DNA from: Gemmatimonadales bacterium
GTDB taxonomy: Bacteria > Gemmatimonadota > Gemmatimonadetes > Gemmatimonadales > GWC2-71-9
Assembly: GCA_037045245.1 (NCBI GenBank)
Contig: JBAOHR010000011.1
Coordinates: 64,302 to 128,301, forward strand
Reading direction: 5' to 3'
Length of the DNA: 64,000 bases
Position numbers and translations under genes: made by a program. Below, one piece after another: positions 1 to 5,565 of the stretch (position 1 is the stretch's first letter; each line of letters opens with the position of its first letter). The notes under the pieces are model-generated. The model ran no database searches and had not been told where the DNA came from. It was given only the letters and a program-made list of their open reading frames with translations.

Positions 1-201
1 CACCTTCCGCAGATCGCGGCCCGCGGCGACCGACACCTGCGGATCGCCAAGGCGACGCGCGACGGCATGGCCACGTCGGACGTGACGCGCCTCCACGGTG
101 AGGATCGCGTGCTCGAACTGGCCCGGATGCTGGGAGGGGATGGCGAGGCAGAACGCGGCCTCGCACGCGCCCTGCTGGGCGAAGGCGTCAGCGCCCGATG
201 A
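1..201 (+). CDS. recN: DNA repair protein RecN, C-terminal fragment (start lies upstream of window)
   Basis: Frame 1 reads HLPQIAARGDRHLRIAKATRDGMATSDVTRLHGEDRVLELARMLGGDGEAERGLAHALLGEGVSAR-stop (TGA 199-201). The HLPQIAA ... ELARMLGG ... HA..LL tail is the conserved RecN C-terminus. It is absent from the ORF track because no start codon lies in the window. Confidence 0.6.
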   Translation, partial: HLPQIAARGDRHLRIAKATRDGMATSDVTRLHGEDRVLELARMLGGDGEAERGLARALLGEGVSAR

Positions 202-1747
202 TGGGCTTGTAGACCCGGATCACCATGCGCGACGTCAGCGGCGTCGCCACCACGCCGGCGCTGCTGGCCACGGTCCGCTCGATCGAGAAGCCCGCCTCCA
301 CCGGCATCTTCCGCACGCCCTCCCGATTCACCCCGTCATGCACGAAGCTCACGCCGAGCCCGACGCGCGTCGCGTTGGCGCTGGTGCCCTGCACGAGGGT
401 TGTCAGGTCGAGCCCGGCGATCGCCTGGGTCGGGTCGGCCCAGTTCAGGGCATCGGCACCGCGGCGCTGATACTGGACCAGCGCCGTGAGCGCGAAGTGC
501 GGAACGATCCGGTAGAACGGCTGGGCCGTGATGGTGAAGACGTCGCCCGGGTTGCGGGACAGCAGTGCCGTGATCCGGGCAGGGCGGAAGAGCTGGTCAC
601 GCGTGGCGGGCTGTTCGTCAGCGGTGCCTGCCAGCTGCAGCGTCATCAGCGCACTGCCGCGCAGCCCGAATCGGCCGCGGCCGAGCTCGACGATGCCCCC
701 GACTTCGACATCCGGCTGCCCGTCACCGGAGCCCTGGTCCAACAGGTACCCGGGGCGGGGCGCGGTGCCGGTCGAGAGCCGCGCGCCTGCGCGGGCCCAC
801 ACGCCCAGCCAACTGGCGTCGCCGGGCGCCCCACGGCGCAGCACCTCCGCCGTCAGTCCGAGCTCGACGTCGCCGAGCCCGACGGGCGGAATGTCCTCCG
901 GCTCGGTGATCCCGAAACCGGTGGGGGCCGCGATCAGCGCGTCCAAATCGGTCGCAGTGAGCACCGCCGCGGGAAGCGCCGGGGCCGCGCTGATGGTGCG
1001 GCCCCCGAGCGCCCCGCCAAGGGTGGCGTCGAGCGCCGTGATCGCCGCAAGCACCGCACTGCCGTCGGTGCTCGACGCCACGGGCAACACCGCGGAGCCG
1101 CGCACCGGATCGGCGAGCAGCTGAAAGAGTCCGTCGCGCAGCGTGGTGCCTTGCCCCAGCGTCTGCTGTGCCAGGGCGAGCTGTGTCGGATTGGTGAAGG
1201 CGCCGCCGGCAATCCGGCCGCTCAGCGCAGTCAGCGCCTCGTCGAACGCCGTGAAGAACGCTGTCGTCTGCGCGATGCCGGCGGGCGTGCCCAGTGCGGC
1301 ATCGGCCGGGTTGAGCCCGACGTTCGCGTCGGTTGCCACGGGACGCAGCTGCAGCTGGGTGCGGGTCGAGACGATCGGCACAGAGGCCGAGAACGTGAGC
1401 CGCCGCGTGATGCCGACGGCCAGGCCGAGCGTGGCGACGCCACGCTGTTGTTCCGCGATCGCCGAGACACTCCCGAGTGTCAGGGGGCCTGGCGCCCGGC
1501 CCAGCACCCGCGCAAGGGCGGCCTCGGTGTTGCCGACAAGCGGCGTCGCCGCAGCGTCGAGGGTCGGGTACGAGAGCCGGCTGCCGAGGGGACGGCGCGT
1601 CCCATCGATGCGCAGTTCGTCGGTCGGGAAGAAGCCCCCGCCGAGCTCGATCCGGAGGACACCCGCCGGGGCGGTGAGCAACGGGAGCTGAGCCGGAATG
1701 GCACCCAGGGGGGCCAACAGGAGGGCAGGGAGCAGGCGACGGATCAT
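188..1747 (-). CDS. Exported hypothetical protein (signal peptide, Ala/Gly/Thr/Leu-rich; possible outer-membrane or surface protein)
   Basis: Part of ORF 188..2098(-). I place the start at ATG 1747 (MIRRLLPALLLAPLGAIPAQ, signal-peptide-like) because the longer ORF would run antisense through the tRNA-Leu and the pilin gene. No family recognised. Confidence 0.5.
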   Translation of the reverse strand: MIRRLLPALLLAPLGAIPAQLPLLTAPAGVLRIELGGGFFPTDELRIDGTRRPLGSRLSYPTLDAAATPLVGNTEAALARVLGRAPGPLTLGSVSAIAEQQRGVATLGLAVGITRRLTFSASVPIVSTRTQLQLRPVATDANVGLNPADAALGTPAGIAQTTAFFTAFDEALTALSGRIAGGAFTNPTQLALAQQTLGQGTTLRDGLFQLLADPVRGSAVLPVASSTDGSAVLAAITALDATLGGALGGRTISAAPALPAAVLTATDLDALIAAPTGFGITEPEDIPPVGLGDVELGLTAEVLRRGAPGDASWLGVWARAGARLSTGTAPRPGYLLDQGSGDGQPDVEVGGIVELGRGRFGLRGSALMTLQLAGTADEQPATRDQLFRPARITALLSRNPGDVFTITAQPFYRIVPHFALTALVQYQRRGADALNWADPTQAIAGLDLTTLVQGTSANATRVGLGVSFVHDGVNREGVRKMPVEAGFSIERTVASSAGVVATPLTSRMVIRVYKPIIGR

Positions 1748-1809
1748 CGCGGTCGAAGATAGCGGAATCGACGCACCGTGGCCTGTGGTGGCATATTCCA
1801 GTCGACCTG

Positions 1810-1892
1810 GCTCGGGTGGCGAAATGGCAGACGCAGGGGACTTAAAATCCCCAGGGGGCAACCCCGTCCCGGTTCGAGTCCGGGCCCGAGCA
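1810..1892 (+). tRNA. tRNA-Leu (anticodon UAA), class II with long variable arm
   Basis: Cloverleaf folded by eye: acceptor GCTCGGG/CCCGAGC plus discriminator A; D arm GCG-AAATGGCAGA-CGC; anticodon arm GGGGA-CTTAAAA-TCCCC (TAA); variable arm GGGGGCAACCCC; T arm CCCGG-TTCGAGT-CCGGG. Confidence 0.9.
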
Positions 1893-1916
1893 TCCCCCAG
1901 AGGCGGAGAATCCAGC

Positions 1917-2366
1917 ATGAAGGAGTCGCGGCGCGGCTTCACCCTGATCGAACTGCTCGTGGTCGTGCTGATCGTCGGCATCCTCGCAACGATCGCGCTG
2001 CCGCGGTTGCAGTACGCCAAGGAGAAGGCCTTCCGGGCCTCCATGGTGTCCGACCTGCACAACCTGCTTTCCGCGCAGGAAGGCCATTTCTCGGTCACCG
2101 GAGACTACGCCGGTGGGATCGGGCCGACCCAGGTGCTGGTCGCGGGCAGCGCCGGGCGAGTGGCCCTGCTGCCGAGTCCGGGCAACCAGATCACCGTCAC
2201 CCTCCGCCCCGGCGCCACGCCCCTCGCATCGGGCGGCTGGTCGGCCGAGGTGACGAATCCTCGGATCACCTCGGGGGTGCAGTCGAAGTGCGGCATCTTC
2301 ATGGGGGTGCTGGCGAACTCGCCCAATGCGGCGGTGACGCAGGCTGGCGTGCCGGCCTGCTACTAG
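1917..2366 (+). CDS. Type IV pilin-like protein (prepilin-type N-terminal cleavage/methylation motif), paralog 1
   Basis: MKESRRG|FTLIELLVVVLIVGILATIALPRL is a class III signal peptide with Gly-1, Phe+1 and Glu+5. There is a C-terminal Cys pair (..KCGIF..VPACY). An AGGCGGAGA RBS-like sequence lies upstream of ATG 1917. In frame with ORF 1698..2366. Confidence 0.8.
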   Translation: MKESRRGFTLIELLVVVLIVGILATIALPRLQYAKEKAFRASMVSDLHNLLSAQEGHFSVTGDYAGGIGPTQVLVAGSAGRVALLPSPGNQITVTLRPGATPLASGGWSAEVTNPRITSGVQSKCGIFMGVLANSPNAAVTQAGVPACY

Positions 2367-2854
2367 GGGCGTCTCGCCCCGCCCACGGTCGCCGCCTCTC
2401 CCAGGAACGAATCGCTGTTCATCCGATCGGTCAGTTGGAGCGTGATCCGACCCGGCGTCGCCTCCAGGAGGTAGCCCGTGTCGGTCCGCCGGTAGCTGAC
2501 GCCAGCTTCGACGGCTCCGGCATCGGCGAGGGACCTCGGCAAGCGACCCCGCGTGCGTCGGTAGTCCTCGATCCGCGACCGTTCCAGATAGAGCGCCACC
2601 CGGGCGCGCTCTTCGGCGGCGGCCGGGCTCAGCGGTGCCGGCGTGCCTGGCGCGAAGACGGCCGCCGGTCTGGCAACCCAGATCCATGCCAGCAGCCCGG
2701 CCGCCGCGAGACCCACCGCGATGGTGGCCGGTCGGGTCCCTTCGGGCCGACGCGACTTCTGTCGACGTCGCGCCTCGTCGGCCTCGGCCCGCTGGGCCTC
2801 CGCCACCTCCTGCAGCGCTTCGGCAAGTTCCCGTCGACGATCGCTCTGGCTCAT
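2363..2854 (-). CDS. Single-pass membrane protein, pilin-partner family member 1 (unrecognised family)
   Basis: I chose ATG 2854 (MSQSDRRRELAEALQEV...), which is preceded by a GGAGGA RBS. Charged N-terminus, one TM helix (TIAVGLAAAGLLAWIWVA), then the conserved ectodomain ALYLERSRIEDYRRTRGRLPRSL...TDRMNSDSFLGE. Paralogous to 3504..3992 and 4496..5191. Confidence 0.6.
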   Translation of the reverse strand: MSQSDRRRELAEALQEVAEAQRAEADEARRRQKSRRPEGTRPATIAVGLAAAGLLAWIWVARPAAVFAPGTPAPLSPAAAEERARVALYLERSRIEDYRRTRGRLPRSLADAGAVEAGVSYRRTDTGYLLEATPGRITLQLTDRMNSDSFLGEAATVGGARRP

Positions 2855-2978
2855 TCTTCCTCCGGCGTGAACGGGGAAATCTTGCATGCTCGCGGCTCCG
2901 AGGCCAGAATGCGGGGGCGCTCCGTGCCTCGGCGCCACCGCGCGGGCCGTTTGCCCCGGTGGTGTCGTTGCCTCCAGG

Positions 2979-2994
2979 GTGGCCAGATCACGGC
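2979..2994 (+). promoter_or_regulatory. Possible sigma-54 (-24/-12) promoter upstream of pilin paralog 2
   Basis: TGGCCAGATCACGGCA has GG and GC at the spacing of the TGGCACG-N4-TTGCW consensus, matching 8 of the 12 specified consensus positions. It lies 67 nt upstream of ATG 3061. Eye match only. Confidence 0.25.
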
Positions 2995-3060
2995 ATTCCC
3001 GTTCACCTTGCGCCGGCCGAGGCAGGCCGGATTTCACGCACCGCTCCGGCGGGAGGTAGC

Positions 3061-3510
3061 ATGGCGCGACGAGCTTCGGGATTCACACTGGTCGAACTGC
3101 TCACCGTTCTCACCATCATCGGCGTTCTCGCCACGATCGCGATCCCGCGCCTCCGCTACACCAAGGAGCGCGCCACCCGGGCGTCGATGGTGAGCGATCT
3201 CAAGAATCTGGTGGCGCTTCAGGAAGGGTACTTCTCCGCAGTGAACGACTACGCGGCGGGACTCACCGCCGGCCCGGAAGTGCTCGTGAAGGGGGGGGCG
3301 GGGAGGATCTCGTTCGTGCCGAGCGCGGGGAACACCATCACCCTGACCCGCCGGGGTCCCAACAACGCGAATGGCTCCGGGTGGTTTGCGACGGCGAAGA
3401 ACCCGCAGGTCACGACCAAGAGTGCGGACGTCTGCGGCATCTACATCGGCAACAAGGCCTATGCCCCCAATGCAGCGGTGCCCGGCCCCGGAATCCCCGC
3501 CTGTTACTGA
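3061..3510 (+). CDS. Type IV pilin-like protein, paralog 2
   Basis: MARRASG|FTLVELLTVLTIIGVLATIAIPRL prepilin motif. Same length (149 aa) and same C-terminal Cys...PACY as paralog 1. GGGAGG RBS before ATG 3061. Confidence 0.8.
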   Translation: MARRASGFTLVELLTVLTIIGVLATIAIPRLRYTKERATRASMVSDLKNLVALQEGYFSAVNDYAAGLTAGPEVLVKGGAGRISFVPSAGNTITLTRRGPNNANGSGWFATAKNPQVTTKSADVCGIYIGNKAYAPNAAVPGPGIPACY

Positions 3511-3992
3511 ACGACCGGCCGGGGCAACCGGCCGAGCGCGTCCCCGAGGAACGAATCGGCATCCATCTGATTGGTGAGTTCGAGGCCCTTTCCAGGAAAT
3601 GCCGGGACCATGACGACGAAGTCGGGTGGCGTCGGGACGTAGGTCACTCCCTCCTCGACGTCCCCGGTCTCGCTCAACTCGCGCGGTAGCCGGCCCCTTT
3701 CGGCTCGGAATTGCTCGATGCGCGCGCGTTGCAGGTAGAGGGCATGGCGCGCCAGAGCATCTCGCTCGCTCTCGGTCGGAATCCGAGGGGCACCCGGCCC
3801 GAAGATCGCCGCCGGCTGCGCAACCCAGACCCAGCCGAGCCCTGCCCAGACGACGACCAGGGCCAGCAGTGCCGCCCGCTGTGGGAGGCCTCGCCGCGGT
3901 TTCGCCGCCGGGGGTGAGGACGGTCGCTGGTGCTGGGCGACGACGGCCTCCTTCGCCTCGGCGAGCTTCCGTTGCGTGTCCAGGTCATCCAT
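3504..3992 (-). CDS. Single-pass membrane protein, pilin-partner family member 2
   Basis: ATG 3992 (MDDLDTQRKLAEAKEAV...) is preceded by a GGGGAGG RBS. TM helix ALLALVVVWAGLGWVWVA, then ALYLQRARIEQFRAERGRLPREL...TNQMDADSFLGD. Paralog of 2363..2854. Confidence 0.6.
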   Translation of the reverse strand: MDDLDTQRKLAEAKEAVVAQHQRPSSPPAAKPRRGLPQRAALLALVVVWAGLGWVWVAQPAAIFGPGAPRIPTESERDALARHALYLQRARIEQFRAERGRLPRELSETGDVEEGVTYVPTPPDFVVMVPAFPGKGLELTNQMDADSFLGDALGRLPRPVVQ

Positions 3993-4042
3993 GCCGTACC
4001 TCCCCTCGCTGCAGTGTATTGCCACTGGCGCGCCGTGATGTG

Positions 4043-4483
4043 ATGATCCACGTCATGGAATATGCCTCCGCTCCCTCGTCGCCGCCGTGGCGCTTTCGGC
4101 TGATCGCCCTGACGGCGCTCTCGGTCGTCGCGATGTTGGCTGTGGTGACGCGGGCGGCGAGCGCCCGTCGGCGCGATGCATCGGCCCGCGCCCAGGTGAT
4201 CGGTGAACTCCGACGGCTCGACGATCAGCAGACCGCCTGGGAGGCGCGGCATGGCCTCTTCGCCCGGCGGATCGGCACGGTCGCCGACGACACGACCCTG
4301 GCCTTCACGCCGACACCGGGCGTCGAGTTGCGATTCGATGCGACCATTCCGTCGAGCTGGAGCGCGATCGCCACCACGGACCGGTTGCTGGCCGCGCCGA
4401 GGCAGTGCGGGGTGTACCGTGGTCGCGCCGAGGCCGCGCCGCACCGCGCCGTGTTGACGCCTGGCGAAGTGGCCTGCTGGTAG
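4043..4483 (+). CDS. Degenerate pilin-like protein (pilin-type globular region and C-terminal Cys pair, no prepilin cleavage motif)
   Basis: MIHVMEYASAPSSPPWRFRLIALTALSVVAMLAVV... has an N-terminal hydrophobic helix but no G-F-T-L-x-E. The C-terminal half aligns by eye with pilins 1 and 2 (..FTPTPGVELRF..SWSA..CGVYRG..APHRAV..GEVACW versus ..CGIYIG..APNAAV..GIPACY). The start could be ATG 4043 or 4055. Confidence 0.5.
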   Translation: MIHVMEYASAPSSPPWRFRLIALTALSVVAMLAVVTRAASARRRDASARAQVIGELRRLDDQQTAWEARHGLFARRIGTVADDTTLAFTPTPGVELRFDATIPSSWSAIATTDRLLAAPRQCGVYRGRAEAAPHRAVLTPGEVACW

Positions 4484-4495
4484 CTTCCCCCGCCG

Positions 4496-5191
4496 CTACC
4501 GGCGCAACTGTTCGAGCCCGCTCCCAAGGAAACTGTCCGCGGCCATGGTGCTGGTCAGTGACAAGCGGAGCGGTCCCTGTCTCCCCTCAAGCCGATACGC
4601 GCGCTGCCCGGTCACGACCAGCGTGAGCGACGTATCAACAACGCCGACGTCGGCGAGCCGCGGCGGCACGCGTCCCTCGGCGCGGACGAGGGCGTCCACC
4701 CGCGCGCGGGCCAGCCAGAGTCCATAACGCAGCGAGGCCTCCGCCAGCGCGGGTGCCGGCGCCCACGCATGGTCAGCGGGCCCGCGGGCGATGGCCGGCG
4801 GTGCGAGCAGCAACCACCCGACGACGAGCCACCCCCCAAGTGCGGCCAGCAGCCATCGGGTCGGCACCGGGCGGCGGGAGGCGAGGACGGTACTCCCGGG
4901 CGTCGATTCGGCTGCGGCGCGACGACGACTCTGCGCGACGACTTCGCCGAGCGCATCCGAGAGCGTGGAGGAGGGCGCGATCGCACCCGGCTCGAAGGGG
5001 GGCGGGGGCACCACCGTACGGGGTGCGACCGGAATCGCTCGCGGTGGCATCACGGACGCTGCGTCGGGTGGAGCGATCTCCGCGGGGACATCCGCGGCGA
5101 CGGGGAGCGCCTCGATCGCGGGCTCTGGCGCCGCGCCGTCGACACGCGGCGAACGCGACTTCCCCCGGCCGCGCGACGACCGCCTAGGCAT
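4496..5191 (-). CDS. Single-pass membrane protein, pilin-partner family member 3 (long Pro/Ala-rich N-terminus)
   Basis: TM helix WLLAALGGWLVVGWLLLA, then LWLARARVDALVRAEGRVPPRL...TSTMAADSFLGS, the same architecture and motifs as members 1 and 2. Overlaps the upstream response regulator gene by 8 nt, so they probably form one operon. Confidence 0.55.
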   Translation of the reverse strand: MPRRSSRGRGKSRSPRVDGAAPEPAIEALPVAADVPAEIAPPDAASVMPPRAIPVAPRTVVPPPPFEPGAIAPSSTLSDALGEVVAQSRRRAAAESTPGSTVLASRRPVPTRWLLAALGGWLVVGWLLLAPPAIARGPADHAWAPAPALAEASLRYGLWLARARVDALVRAEGRVPPRLADVGVVDTSLTLVVTGQRAYRLEGRQGPLRLSLTSTMAADSFLGSGLEQLRR

Positions 5192-5558
5192 TCTGGGGCG
5201 ATTCCCCCGCCAGTGCGCGGCCGACCTGCTCGGGGAAGGCGCGGATGTCGATCGGCTTGGTGATGTAGCCGTCGAACCCGGCAGCCATCGCGCGCTCCCG
5301 GTCGCCGGCCATCGCGTGCGCCGTCAGGGCCACCACGCGCAGCGCCGCGTATTCCGAGGCGCGGATCTCCGCGAGCAGGGCGAAGCCATCCTTGCCGGGC
5401 ATCTGGATGTCCATCAGGACGAGGTCCGGGAGCTTCGCCGCCAGGGTCGCGAAGAGTTCCTCGCCACCCATCAGGCCGACGACTTCGTGCCCCTTCAGCG
5501 TGAGCAGGGTGCGGAACAGCTTCATGTTGTCGGGACTGTCTTCGACAATGAGGATCAT
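5184..5558 (-). CDS. Single-domain response regulator (CheY-like receiver)
   Basis: MILIVEDSPDNMKLF...LVLMDIQMPGKDG...ALTAHAM...GYITKPI contains the acidic pocket, phospho-acceptor Asp, Thr and Lys of receiver domains. Confidence 0.85.
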   Translation of the reverse strand: MILIVEDSPDNMKLFRTLLTLKGHEVVGLMGGEELFATLAAKLPDLVLMDIQMPGKDGFALLAEIRASEYAALRVVALTAHAMAGDRERAMAAGFDGYITKPIDIRAFPEQVGRALAGESPQNA

Positions 5559-5565
5559 CGGTGGG

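Noticed and set aside
98-1762. Long alternate-frame or antisense ORFs in the track. Examples: 98..1762(+), 6548..7618(-), 9911..11794(-), 16414..17970(-), 18863..20269(-), 21577..23817(-), 24799..26565(-), 33523..36204(-), 45346..48201(+), 51782..53875(-), 57630..59021(-), 59961..61376(-).
   Set aside because: Each overlaps, on the opposite strand or in another frame, a gene with an unmistakable conserved product. Their translations are Arg/Pro/Gly/Ala-rich with no recognisable motifs. That is the expected pattern for stop-codon-poor frames in roughly 70% GC DNA.
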